Shown here one piece after another: positions 20,811 to 31,193 of a DNA stretch of 64,000 nucleotides. The position numbers and the translations under genes were made by a program. This DNA comes from a bacterium (GTDB taxonomy: Bacteria > Electryoneota > Electryoneia > Electryoneales > Electryoneaceae): positions 2,400,001 through 2,464,000 of the forward strand of contig OY769902.1 of NCBI GenBank assembly GCA_963669175.1. The letters are read 5' to 3'. The notes under the pieces are model-generated. The model did no database searches, was not told where the DNA came from, and was given only the letters and a program-made list of their open reading frames with translations. Every line of letters starts with the position of its first letter. The first letter of the stretch is position 1.

Positions 20811-22122
20811 CAGAACTGTCCGGTTTAACAGATCATTTTTCTTGCTGACGTAGTGTCAGCCATATTCCGTTTTCGTTTTGTTCTTTGAGATTCTTGCCAC
20901 GCATGGTTTATCGGCGTTTGCATCAACGCATGGACAGCCAGGAACACCATCAGCCGATGAGCAGTGATTGCTTGATTGGGTGCTTGTTGCTCGATGATTC
21001 GCACCATCAGGTAGGCGATCATGGCGATCCAGACCTGGATCAACACTGCATTCATGTCGGTTCCCAGGTAGGTCTTGATCTTCAGGTTCTGCTTGATCCA
21101 TTTGAAGAACAGTTCGATCTGCCAACGTTCCCGGTACAGGTCGGCAATCACCAGCGCATCCACATCAAGCAGGTTGGTCAGGAACTCAAGATCGTTGCCG
21201 GTTTCGGGATCGACGAAGCGGATCAGGCGCAACGGTTCGGGGCAGTTAACGCCGCAATCGCCGTCGAGATAACCAATCCAGTCACGTCGAACACCTGCTT
21301 TTCGGTCGCAGTGACGTCGTTCTTCATACCCGAAGCCGATGTTACGCTTGATCCGCGTGACAAAGAAAACACCTTGGTTGCATAACTGGTAGAACCAAGC
21401 GCTATCGAAGTACCCTTTGTCGAACAAGACAGTATCGCCTGGATGGAAGCGGAACTTTCGTCCCTGGGGCATATCGTGGCCTCGCGCGGCGGTCACCCTG
21501 ATGACACTTGGGATGTAGCCATCATGATCGAGCTGGGTGTGCAACTTCATCCCGCCCTTGCGTGTTCTGTATTCAGCCCAGCCGAACAGGGTCTGACACA
21601 AGGGGATCACAGTGCTGTCCAAGCTGAACAGTTTTCCGGGCACATCGAACGTATGACGCGGAAATTGATCCTTGACTGTTGCGAACAGGCTGTAGAACAG
21701 ATCGCGGTAGAACATCCAGGGAACACGAAGATTTGCCTCTGCAAGAGTAGAACGGGGCGTCTGGCGTATTCCACAGCGACGTTGTACAGGTGTCAAAGCT
21801 ACCGTCGCCTGCTCAATCTGGCGGAGCGATGGCAGTCCGGCCAGTTGCGCGAAAAGCATAACCGCGAAGTGCGCGCGGGCCGTCATCTTCCGAACACCTT
21901 TGTTGACCTGATACTGCGTAGCAAGATTATCAAAGAGCACAGGTTCAATCAGGGCAAGCATTTGCCCCAGAACAATGTTACCTTTCGCCATGGCTTGGTC
22001 CTCCGGTCGTGGTGAGAAAACTTGTGCAAAAGCAATCTCAACACACGAACCTCTGGATTCAAGCCATTATTATTTCAAGAGCTCCATGGCTCCATATGCA
22101 AATCACGAACCGGACAGTTCTG
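20811..22122 (-). mobile_element. Complete IS4-family insertion sequence (1312 bp)
   Basis: Perfect 15-bp terminal IRs CAGAACTGTCCGGTT (20811-20825) and AACCGGACAGTTCTG (22108-22122). 9-bp direct repeat ATGTTGGTT at 20802-20810 and 22123-22131. Confidence 0.95.
20825..21991 (-). CDS. IS4-family DDE transposase (DUF4372-like N-terminus)
   Basis: LDST; FDKGY; Y-RERWQIELFFKWIKQNL (IS4 YREK signature). The stop codon overlaps the IR. Confidence 0.95.
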   Translation of the reverse strand: MAKGNIVLGQMLALIEPVLFDNLATQYQVNKGVRKMTARAHFAVMLFAQLAGLPSLRQIEQATVALTPVQRRCGIRQTPRSTLAEANLRVPWMFYRDLFYSLFATVKDQFPRHTFDVPGKLFSLDSTVIPLCQTLFGWAEYRTRKGGMKLHTQLDHDGYIPSVIRVTAARGHDMPQGRKFRFHPGDTVLFDKGYFDSAWFYQLCNQGVFFVTRIKRNIGFGYEERRHCDRKAGVRRDWIGYLDGDCGVNCPEPLRLIRFVDPETGNDLEFLTNLLDVDALVIADLYRERWQIELFFKWIKQNLKIKTYLGTDMNAVLIQVWIAMIAYLMVRIIEQQAPNQAITAHRLMVFLAVHALMQTPINHAWQESQRTKRKRNMADTTSARKMIC

Positions 22123-22742
22123 ATGTTGGTTACACAATTCTGTCAATGGTGGTTGTCTTTTCTGTATGATATATTTTGATAGCATTATCATACTGAAAAT
22201 ATCTGAGAATTTAAGTACTTGACAGTATATTCAACAATATGGCTTTGCATAATTGTATTCGGTTTTGCTCAATTTGAGAGCTCAAGCAGCTTGGTGAATT
22301 AGGAATATAATTAGATTGCTTTTCTTTCTAGCTGCTCACAACTATTTGTGCAAGATATTAGCTGTCAATACGCTCCCGGAAGTCTTTGGCCTCTGGGTGA
22401 TCTTGACAGCCGAAACGCACCAATCGTCTTCACAAATTTTTGTGAGGACCCAGAGTTTTTCGAGAATTATCATATCCACGACTGTTCAAGTACTTATTCT
22501 TTGCATCCTGTAAATTCTTGCATTGTATCCTGCCCATCCTGTGAATCCATCCAAGTTGCACACCTGTAGTGAGAATCCCATTATTGTACTGTTGTCTCAT
22601 CGGTGAGACAAGTTAGTCGCATGCCCGAGACAAAAGATGATACTACCGCCTTCTAACCTATTGTAAAATAGTAAATGAAATTCAGGCACACCTCTTGCCT
22701 TTGTGTGAGGCAAAACAACAAACGAAGGTGGTGGAGGTTGCC

Positions 22743-25700
22743 ATGAAAGTGAATGAACGAGATGTGCTGACCGTGATCGCAGTGATTTTCCTTGCTTTGA
22801 TTGCGGTAGTGTCGAATTCATTGGGCCAGACCAATGTGCAGGTGTTGACTGAGCTGGCGAATGAATACGCGTTACGGGCCAACATGGAACGTGGTCCTGT
22901 ATTTCAGCGACTTCGCAGCGAAACCTCCGGGCCGATGGGGCTGATCAACATGTCTGAGAATGTTGAGCTGGTCGGTGTTGATCAGTATGGCCATCCCATG
23001 GTCCTCGCCACTACCAACCTGAACGCCGCTTACAGTGTTGGCACAAATCGTGTCTGGCCGGGTGGCGGGGCAGGTTTCGATCTTACCGGTTCCGGAACCA
23101 CGGTTAATGATCTTGCTATCTGGGATGCCGGGGCAGTGTTGACTTCACATGTCGAGTTCGGCGGACGTGTGCAGGTATTGGACGGCACAGCCTCAACACA
23201 TGCTCATGCTACCCATGTCGCCGGCACCCTGGTCGCTTCCGGAGTGAACTCTTCCGCCAAAGGCATGAGTTACGAGGCGCAACTGGGATCGTATGACTGG
23301 AATTATGATTCGGCAGAAATGGCTGCTGCGGCTTCCAACGGTTTGAATGTTTCCAACCACTCGTACGGCTATATCACCGGCTGGTATTACAACGGTAACT
23401 GGTACTGGTATGGTGATCCGACTATCTCCCAATCGGAAGACTACCACTTTGGCTTTTACACCTCGTACACACGTGAAGTGGATGAAATTGCCTACAATGC
23501 GCCCTATTACACCATCGTTAAATCCGCAGGCAACGACCGTGGCGATGGCCCAGCCGCCGGTACCGGTCATTATGTCTGGTCGAACGGTAGCTGGACCTGG
23601 AGCACACTGACACGTCCGCTCGATGGCGGCAATGACGGCTACGACTGCATCGGCTGGATCGGAACAGCGAAGAACATTATCACGGTTGGCGCTGTCAATG
23701 ATGTTGCCAACGGGTATAACCAGCCCGGTGATGTCAGCATGTCCTCTTTCAGCGGTTGGGGGCCGACGGATGACGGTCGTATCAAGCCTGATATCGTAGC
23801 GAACGGTGTCGGTCTGTATTCTTCCGTGTCCTACAGCAATTCCTCCTATGCGTCTTACAGTGGCACGTCCATGTCATCCCCGAATGCGGCGGGATCGATC
23901 AACCTCCTGTATCGCTGGTATGAAGAGACCCATGATGGCGAGACACCCCGTGCCAGCACCATCAAGGCGCTGGTGGTTCATACGGCGGATGAAGCCGGAA
24001 ACGCGCCTGGTCCGGATTACATCTACGGTTGGGGTTTGTTGAACACAGATGCTGCAGCGGAAGTAATCGCTGAAGATGCGCAGTATGACGAGAGTATACG
24101 TGAAGCTTCCCTGGCCAACCATGCCACCGATGTTTATCTGCACAGTGTCGAGCAGGATGGACCGGTTACGGTGACCATCTCCTGGACAGACCCGGCGGGC
24201 ATCGTACCGGGCGCTTCCCTGGACCCGACTACACCAAACCTTGTCAACGATCTGGATATCCGCCTGCATCACCTGGCCAGTGGGGAAGAGTATGAACCCT
24301 ATATCCTGAATCCGGCATTACCATCGTCAGCGGCAACAACGGGTGACAATACACGTGACAATGTGGAAAAGATCTACGTAGCCAACGCGCCCGCCGGAAC
24401 CTATGAAATCGAGGTTTCGCACAAGGGCTCATTGGCCGCAACGCCACAGGTGTACAGTCTTGTGGTCAGCGGTCTGGATGAACAGGCGCCCTTCGATCCG
24501 ATAAATGGCTACGTTCAGATTAACGCCAATGTGGATGTGCAACTGGATGAGCTGGTGTTCGATAATAACAACCGTGCCGCGCTGGACGAATCGGCTTCTG
24601 ATGGTTATGACGCCGGGATCGACATTTACGAACCTGGGCATCCGCCGTCAGCTTACGTCAGCGTTTACTTCCCGCATAGCGAATGGAATGCACCCCTTGG
24701 CGACAATTTTATGACTGATATCCGTAATGGATCGCAAAACCTGGGGGAAGAAGTTGAAGTATGGCGTTTCAATGTGGAAACTGATCAGATCGGTCAGACG
24801 ATAGAGCTGGAATTTTCCTGGTCCGACCTGCCCGATACAGTAGGCATCCTGCTGTATGATGTGACCGGTGAAAACTATCAGGATTTGCGTCAAACCAGTA
24901 CCTACAGCTTTACTGCGGCGAACCAGGTACATGTGTTTGATCTACGAGTAGGGGATGCAACCTCGCCGCAGCTCGCCATTACAGCTCCGACCGATGGACA
25001 GGTCTGGACAGCGGGAGAAACGCACGCCATTACCTGGGAAGTGCAGGATCAGACCCCGATCAGGTACGCCCTGGTGGATGTGTCAACCAATGGCGGGACA
25101 AGTTGGACACGTTTGGACAGCCTTGCCGGAACCGTACTGTCACACAACTGGGACACGCCTTATGAATATGTGGAAGAGGGCAGAGTGCGTGTTACGGTGG
25201 AAGACTGGCTGGGTTTTGAGGCGGTGGATGAAGTCGAGTTCTCGCTGGACAATCCCGATGGGCCGGATGTGGTCTTCACCTTCCCGGTTGAGGATGATTC
25301 ACTGATTTTCGAGGAAACCTATACGATTCAGTGGACCTATGACGTCATTCCCGGATCGCAGGTCACTTCCGCAACGCTTTCCTATTCCATCGACAACGGC
25401 GTAAACTGGCAGGTTCTTACAGATGTGCTGACCAGCCAGACAAGTTGGGACTGGACTGTTCCGGCATCCACGCCCACTAACTCCGCACGTCTGCGCATCG
25501 TGGCAACCGATACCGGTGGCAATTCTGGCAGTGGCATCTCTGATCCGTTCTGGCTGTTGTCCAACGATTTCCTCGCCACTTTCGCCGAAGGCTGGCATCT
25601 GTTCAGCCTGCCTCTGATCCCGGAAAACAATTCGGTTGGTGCGGTTATCGGGGATGATATCCAGAATGGGCTGTACATGGCGTACAGCTATTCCAGCGAT

Positions 25701-26873
25701 CAGGGCCATGCAGTCGCCGGACAGTTCGACATGGGACATGGCTACTGGCTGGGATTGGAAAATACCGGCACGGTTACCATCGATGTCACCGGGGACCGGA
25801 TGACAGACAGCACTGTGATTCCGCTGAATCGTTACTGGAACCTGATCGGTCAACCGCTTCCAGCAACGCGCCTGCTCGAGTCGCTCTGGTTCACCGACGG
25901 GCAGGAATGGCTGGCTTTCGATGATGCGGTAATAGATGGCTGGATCAGTTCAACCCTGTATGGCTACAACAACCAGACAGCTTCCTACCAGATCGCTACC
26001 GACCTTGATCCGATGGACGCACGGTGGCTCATGGCGTTGACAGATGGGATCTCGGTCATCACCTATGCCAACCCGCCTGAGAATGATGGGCAGGGCGATG
26101 GGAATGAACTGGATGAGGAAGAGCTGGATGAGCTGGAGAACTGGTTTGTCGGTTTGATCGTGACGCAAGGTGAAGTCAGCAACACTATCGCCGGATTCGG
26201 AGTTGCGGAAGATGCGACCGACGGTTTCGATGGTCAGCATGATGCCCCCGCGCCACCGCTTTCGCCCAATGGACAGGATTTGCGGGTAACCGTGTCGCAT
26301 CCGGAGTGGAATGATCACGCCGGAACATTCTACAGCCGTGATATTCGGGAAGCTTTCAAGAACGGTGAGCAACGCTGGGTATTTACAGTGACAAGCTGGG
26401 CAGCAGGTGAAGTGACTGTTCAGTTTGATGAACTGGCTGAACAGGTTCCCCAGGGATTTTCCGCCACAGCGATGCATGACGGGGGCGAAGTAAACCTGTT
26501 CGAAATGCCGCAGTTGACCTTTGCTGTGGATGGCCCCTACAGCTTTACCGTTAGCGTCTCTGCGCCGGTTAATGATGCTGCTGAGAATAATGCTGGAACC
26601 ATGCCGACCGAGTATGCTATTGAAAGTGTATATCCCAACCCGTTCAACCCGACTACACAAGTTCAGATCGGCTTGCCCGATGCGGCCGAGTTGCAGGTTG
26701 TCGTTTATAACGTGGTAGGGCAGCAGGTAGCGATGCTGGCGAACGGTCGTTATGGCGCTGGCAGTCATATCTTCTCATTCCATGCAGAAGGTTTGCCCTC
26801 AAGCATCTATTTCCTCCATGCCAAAGCGCCCGGAAAGCTTGACCAGGTACGAAAGATTGCACTGGTGCGATAG
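22743..26873 (+). CDS. Secreted S8 (subtilisin-like) serine peptidase with PPC/Ig-like domains and T9SS type A-like CTD
   Basis: Catalytic triad IWDAG / HATHVAGT / SGTSMSSP; oxyanion SAGND; DGRIKPDI; CTD YPNPFNP...YNVVGQQV. GGAGG before ATG 22743. Confidence 0.92.
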   Translation: MKVNERDVLTVIAVIFLALIAVVSNSLGQTNVQVLTELANEYALRANMERGPVFQRLRSETSGPMGLINMSENVELVGVDQYGHPMVLATTNLNAAYSVGTNRVWPGGGAGFDLTGSGTTVNDLAIWDAGAVLTSHVEFGGRVQVLDGTASTHAHATHVAGTLVASGVNSSAKGMSYEAQLGSYDWNYDSAEMAAAASNGLNVSNHSYGYITGWYYNGNWYWYGDPTISQSEDYHFGFYTSYTREVDEIAYNAPYYTIVKSAGNDRGDGPAAGTGHYVWSNGSWTWSTLTRPLDGGNDGYDCIGWIGTAKNIITVGAVNDVANGYNQPGDVSMSSFSGWGPTDDGRIKPDIVANGVGLYSSVSYSNSSYASYSGTSMSSPNAAGSINLLYRWYEETHDGETPRASTIKALVVHTADEAGNAPGPDYIYGWGLLNTDAAAEVIAEDAQYDESIREASLANHATDVYLHSVEQDGPVTVTISWTDPAGIVPGASLDPTTPNLVNDLDIRLHHLASGEEYEPYILNPALPSSAATTGDNTRDNVEKIYVANAPAGTYEIEVSHKGSLAATPQVYSLVVSGLDEQAPFDPINGYVQINANVDVQLDELVFDNNNRAALDESASDGYDAGIDIYEPGHPPSAYVSVYFPHSEWNAPLGDNFMTDIRNGSQNLGEEVEVWRFNVETDQIGQTIELEFSWSDLPDTVGILLYDVTGENYQDLRQTSTYSFTAANQVHVFDLRVGDATSPQLAITAPTDGQVWTAGETHAITWEVQDQTPIRYALVDVSTNGGTSWTRLDSLAGTVLSHNWDTPYEYVEEGRVRVTVEDWLGFEAVDEVEFSLDNPDGPDVVFTFPVEDDSLIFEETYTIQWTYDVIPGSQVTSATLSYSIDNGVNWQVLTDVLTSQTSWDWTVPASTPTNSARLRIVATDTGGNSGSGISDPFWLLSNDFLATFAEGWHLFSLPLIPENNSVGAVIGDDIQNGLYMAYSYSSDQGHAVAGQFDMGHGYWLGLENTGTVTIDVTGDRMTDSTVIPLNRYWNLIGQPLPATRLLESLWFTDGQEWLAFDDAVIDGWISSTLYGYNNQTASYQIATDLDPMDARWLMALTDGISVITYANPPENDGQGDGNELDEEELDELENWFVGLIVTQGEVSNTIAGFGVAEDATDGFDGQHDAPAPPLSPNGQDLRVTVSHPEWNDHAGTFYSRDIREAFKNGEQRWVFTVTSWAAGEVTVQFDELAEQVPQGFSATAMHDGGEVNLFEMPQLTFAVDGPYSFTVSVSAPVNDAAENNAGTMPTEYAIESVYPNPFNPTTQVQIGLPDAAELQVVVYNVVGQQVAMLANGRYGAGSHIFSFHAEGLPSSIYFLHAKAPGKLDQVRKIALVR

Positions 26874-26912
26874 ATCAGGCAGGTACAGGTCAACTTTAAA
26901 CTGGAGAACAGC

Positions 26913-29900
26913 ATGGAAGATCGAAATCTATTCAGGAGATGGTGGGAAGCAGTACAGTACTACGTCTGGACTATCCTGGCGGCGGCTGTACTGCTGCTCC
27001 TGATAGGCTTCGACCTCTATGCGCAGACCGAGTTCGAGGTTTATACCGTAGCGGATCAGTTTGACGGCGTTGCTGATGTGCTGGCTGCTGATATTGACGG
27101 CGATGAGCAGCTTGAAATCATTGCCGCATCCATGACAACCGGACGGATTGTGGCTTGGAACAGCGAACGTCAGATCGGTGAACAAGCCTACGATATCCTG
27201 GCGACTGGGCTGATCGGGATTCGTGTCCTCAAAGCGCTTGACCTGGATGACGATGGCGACATGGATCTGCTGGCGGGTATCGAAGACACGAACCGGATCA
27301 GTTGGCTCGAGAATGATGGCGCAGGCAATTTTACAGTACATGTGCTGACCTCGGAAGTTGATGGTGTTCAGGACTTTGCGACTGGCGATATCGATGATGA
27401 CGGTGATCTGGATATTGCAGCAGCAGCCAGTACAGGGAATGCGATCATCTGGCTGGAAAATGACGGTGCCCAACAGTTCGCACTTCATACTGTGATCAAC
27501 ACGTTCCCTTCCCCGCAGGCCGTGGTGTTGACTGATCTGAACGATGATGGCCGTCTTGATATTGCCGCTACCTCGCACGGTCGCAACTCGCTGACAGCCT
27601 GGTACAATCTTGGTAACGATGTTTTCCTGCAACAGTATGTGACCAATTCGCTTGGTGGCGCTGGTGATGTTGCAGCGGCCGATATGGACAACGATGGCGA
27701 TATCGATTTGCTGGCAACCGCACGCAATGCCGGGTTGGTCAACTGGTATGAGAACAACGGGTCACCGACATGGCCGGTACATCAGATTGAGCGCTGGTTT
27801 GTGGATGGAATGGAGCTGGACACAGGCGACCTGGATGCGGATGGTGACCTGGATGTTGTGGGCGTATCCGACCAGGGCAATCGTTTGTACTGGTGGCAGC
27901 AACGTGAGGATGGGAGTTTTGACCGTCACCGGCTGTTAAACCTGTTTGAAGGTGCGGCCGCGTTGCAGGTGATTGACCTGGATGGTGACAGTGACCTTGA
28001 TATCCTTGGCGCGGCCAATCGTATGGGACGGGTGGTCCGGTGTGAAAATGCGGCGTCTGAAAGCTTCGGCAATGGCATTCATGGCGATATGAGAATTGTC
28101 TTCAAGGGGTCTGTCAACGGCATCACTGATGGAAACAATGTAGCTGGTTTCGATCCGGCTGCTACGGATGGTTATGATCCGGGAACCGATATTCATGAAG
28201 CGCCGCATCCGCCGTCACAGTACATCCGCATCTCTTTCACGCATGAAGAATGGCAGTCTCGCCTGGGCGATGAGTATATGAGTGACATCCGTCGTGGTGG
28301 GGATCGCCTGCTGGACAGCGCTCATGTTTACACTTTCGAGGTAGAGACCGACCAGATTGATGAAGAAGTCTCCCTGTTCTTCAGCCTCAAGAATTATTCC
28401 GGGATCACCGGCGCGGTTCTGTATGATGCGGTGAATAGTGAATATGTCAATCTTCGCGAAACGGACACATTCAGTTTCATGGCGCGTCCTGTATCGCGTG
28501 AATTTTCCCTGCTGCTTGGTGATGAAACCGCGCCGGAAGTTGAATTCCTGTCACCCGTTGAAAATGATGTGCTGGACGCTTCAGATTCCCATGAACTTAC
28601 CTGGACACTTTTCGATGGTACCCCGGTACGACGCCAGGTGATACAGGTTTCATTAGATGGCGGAGTGACCTGGGCAACTCTGGACACCCTTTCTGCCTCA
28701 GCGCGAAGTTTCATCTGGCAACCTCCTTTTCGTTATATCGAACGTGGCAAGTTCAAATTGATTGCCGAAAACTGGGCCGGACTGATGTCGGAAACCGTGT
28801 TGAGTTTCCGTCTGGATGAGCCGGATGGTCCGAACGCCCTGTTTATTGCCCCGCAACCCGGCGATACCCTGTTCGCCGGATTCGAATACCCGGTATGCTG
28901 GAGCAACCTCGTTATCGAAGGGGCGCAAATAGCTGATGCGGCATTGTCCTATTCATCTGATGGTGGGGCCAGTTGGGATACAGTATCGGAATCCCTGGGA
29001 ACAGATACGCTCGCACAATGGGCTATCCCGGCTAACATGATGAGTAACCGTATGCTGCTGAAAGTTCAATCGGTTGATAATCACGGCAACGAAGGCAGCA
29101 GCGTTTCGCAGTTGTTTACCGTGGTTGTCAGTGAGCTGATAGGTGTATATGGCGAGGGCTGGCACCTGATGAGTTCGCCGTTTATCGCGCAGGATATGAC
29201 GCTTGCGGGACTGGTCGGGGATGATATCAGTGAAGGTCTATACCTGGCCTATCGATATTCCAGCATGCAGGGCTTTATCCCGTCAGACACACTGAACATG
29301 GGCGAGGGATTCTGGCTGGGGCTGGAAGGGACGGGCGAGGTGCCGGTGGATTTCCGTGGATTGCCGGAGCTGGACAGTACAGTATTGCCGTTACAACCGA
29401 ACTGGAACCTGGTAGGCACCGCCGAGCCGCTATCGTTGTCACTGGATCACATCCGGATTACGGATGGCGAGGACTGGAAAACCTGGACAACGGCGGTGGA
29501 TGATGGCTGGATCAGTGGTGCGCTCTATGGGTACGATCACGAAAACGGTTCCTATTCCCAGGCGGATACGTTGCGGCCCCTGCGTGGCTACTGGCTTCAT
29601 GCGCATCGTGGTGGCTTGTTCATGGTGACCTACCTGTCGTCTCCGGAAAATCTCCTGGCAAGGCAAAATGATGAAAATGGTGATGTTGACGAAGACTGGT
29701 ACGTACCGATTGTTCTCCGTCAAGGGAGCCGAATAAACCAACAGGCAGGTTTCGGCGTCCATTCATTAGCAAGTGAAGGGTACGATGCCCGTTATGACTT
29801 GCCGTCTGCACCGGTTGGACCTGAGGGAACATACCTGCGTAGCACATTGAACTGTGAAGGCTGGAACATTCCCGGTACTGATCAGTTCAATAATAACAGG

Positions 29901-30434
29901 ATCGGTCCACTGAACGCCGGCGAGAGTTTTACCTGGCCTTTTGTCCTGGAAAGCTCTGAAGATGGTGACGTGTACGTATCCTTTGTGAACGCTGTCGAGG
30001 TAATACCGCAAGGGTATTCATTGCAACTATCCATAGGGGGAGAATGGATTGACTTGGATGATTTAGCCGGTGTGACGGTTGACCTGACGAGTGAAGAACC
30101 GGTTATTATGGAGGTAAAGATCATGAGAAACGAAAACGACGTTGAGACGGCGACAGTAGACCTGCCTACCAGTTACGCACTCGAGTCCATTTACCCTAAT
30201 CCCTTCAATTCGCACGCATCGATCACGGTTGCCTTGCCGGAAACTGCGAACCTGCAGGTCCGAGTTTTCAACATGATGGGGCAACAGGTTGATCATTTGT
30301 TCCATGGTACCTTGAACGCGGGACGTCATGTGTTCATGCTCAATGGCAGTTACCTGGCCAGTGGTGTGTATATCGTACAAACACTGGTTCCCGGGCACTT
30401 GAGCGATGCCGAACGGATCGTCCTGGTGAAGTGA
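26913..30434 (+). CDS. Secreted FG-GAP/VCBS-repeat propeller protein with Ig-like stalk and T9SS type A-like CTD
   Basis: Seven D-x-D-x-D-G-D-x-D calcium-blade repeats with W.ENDG linkers; CTD YPNPFNS...ASGVY. Confidence 0.88.
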   Translation: MEDRNLFRRWWEAVQYYVWTILAAAVLLLLIGFDLYAQTEFEVYTVADQFDGVADVLAADIDGDEQLEIIAASMTTGRIVAWNSERQIGEQAYDILATGLIGIRVLKALDLDDDGDMDLLAGIEDTNRISWLENDGAGNFTVHVLTSEVDGVQDFATGDIDDDGDLDIAAAASTGNAIIWLENDGAQQFALHTVINTFPSPQAVVLTDLNDDGRLDIAATSHGRNSLTAWYNLGNDVFLQQYVTNSLGGAGDVAAADMDNDGDIDLLATARNAGLVNWYENNGSPTWPVHQIERWFVDGMELDTGDLDADGDLDVVGVSDQGNRLYWWQQREDGSFDRHRLLNLFEGAAALQVIDLDGDSDLDILGAANRMGRVVRCENAASESFGNGIHGDMRIVFKGSVNGITDGNNVAGFDPAATDGYDPGTDIHEAPHPPSQYIRISFTHEEWQSRLGDEYMSDIRRGGDRLLDSAHVYTFEVETDQIDEEVSLFFSLKNYSGITGAVLYDAVNSEYVNLRETDTFSFMARPVSREFSLLLGDETAPEVEFLSPVENDVLDASDSHELTWTLFDGTPVRRQVIQVSLDGGVTWATLDTLSASARSFIWQPPFRYIERGKFKLIAENWAGLMSETVLSFRLDEPDGPNALFIAPQPGDTLFAGFEYPVCWSNLVIEGAQIADAALSYSSDGGASWDTVSESLGTDTLAQWAIPANMMSNRMLLKVQSVDNHGNEGSSVSQLFTVVVSELIGVYGEGWHLMSSPFIAQDMTLAGLVGDDISEGLYLAYRYSSMQGFIPSDTLNMGEGFWLGLEGTGEVPVDFRGLPELDSTVLPLQPNWNLVGTAEPLSLSLDHIRITDGEDWKTWTTAVDDGWISGALYGYDHENGSYSQADTLRPLRGYWLHAHRGGLFMVTYLSSPENLLARQNDENGDVDEDWYVPIVLRQGSRINQQAGFGVHSLASEGYDARYDLPSAPVGPEGTYLRSTLNCEGWNIPGTDQFNNNRIGPLNAGESFTWPFVLESSEDGDVYVSFVNAVEVIPQGYSLQLSIGGEWIDLDDLAGVTVDLTSEEPVIMEVKIMRNENDVETATVDLPTSYALESIYPNPFNSHASITVALPETANLQVRVFNMMGQQVDHLFHGTLNAGRHVFMLNGSYLASGVYIVQTLVPGHLSDAERIVLVK

Positions 30435-30480
30435 TGAAGTGAAAAAAGTAGGCAGTGAAAAAAGTGAAAAAGGAAAACAC

Positions 30481-30505
30481 GTAGCCCGGCCATGCTTGGC
30501 CGGGA
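30481..30505 (+). repeat. GTAG-type REP-like palindrome, copy 1
   Basis: GTAG-CCCGGCCA-TGCT-TGGCCGGG-A; near-identical inverted copy at 31586-31610. Confidence 0.7.
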
Positions 30506-30514
30506 TTTCTCTCG

Positions 30515-30561
30515 AAGTTGTAAAGTTGTAAAGTTGTAAAGTTGTAAAGTTGTAAAGTTGT
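30515..30561. repeat. Octamer microsatellite (AAGTTGTA) x ~5.9
   Basis: Direct reading of the sequence. Confidence 0.95.
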
Positions 30562-30616
30562 TTTATAGAGAAACATAATATATAACTTGATTTATGAGAT
30601 TCAGGTAAATATTCTG

Positions 30617-30661
30617 TCCTAATTCCTAATTCCTAATTCCTAATTCCTAATTCCTAATTCC
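30617..30661. repeat. Heptamer microsatellite (TCCTAAT) x ~6.4
   Basis: Direct reading of the sequence. Confidence 0.95.
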
Positions 30662-30685
30662 AGCCTTTTCATTTTTAATTCTTAA

Positions 30686-31090
30686 TTAACCCAAAACCAG
30701 TACTTTTATCTGGCTTGGCACCAGTGTAATCCCCGGACAGTTTTCGCTCATCCCGTTATGGCCGGTAATGCTGGTCATGCGTTGCGAGGGGGAGCCGCCC
30801 GTGAGAATGGTCAGGCTGCCGAGCGTATGTTCCTGCGGTCCCATCACCATCCCCGACGCTACTCCCATGGCCACACCCGCGTTGTCCCCGTTGGTCATGG
30901 GTACTTCTGTCGCCTGGTTGAAGCTGGGCGTTCCCATGGTCAGTACGGTCATGGAAGCCGTGGGGGGGATGCAGGTCGGTCCCACAGATATATTCGGGTA
31001 AGGGATAGGCATAACCCCGGTCGGACCGGGAGTGTTACACGTATCCGGAAAACCGAGACTCATGCCGCCCATCATGGTTGAATGAAACAT
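30686..31090 (-). CDS. DUF4150 / PAAR-like spike tip protein (TagD-like)
   Basis: MFHSTMMGG...GFPDTCNTP....PIPYPN; TNGDNAGVA.GVASG..MG; R.TS.TGHN; N.PG..L.PSQ.KV. AGAGG RBS supports start 31090 rather than 31216. Confidence 0.88.
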   Translation of the reverse strand: MFHSTMMGGMSLGFPDTCNTPGPTGVMPIPYPNISVGPTCIPPTASMTVLTMGTPSFNQATEVPMTNGDNAGVAMGVASGMVMGPQEHTLGSLTILTGGSPSQRMTSITGHNGMSENCPGITLVPSQIKVLVLG

Positions 31091-31193
31091 GGTATCCTCT
31101 GACTTCAAGTTGTTGTCTACTTCCACGTCCAATGTGTCTGGTCGAAACCCGACAGGAGATCCCCGCCTTCGCGGGGAGTCGGGGCAAACTGCA

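Noticed and set aside
22132-22742. Riboswitch or small gene upstream of the S8 protease
   Set aside because: Only short hairpins and short ORFs without recognisable motifs; possibly a decayed gene, but unsupported.
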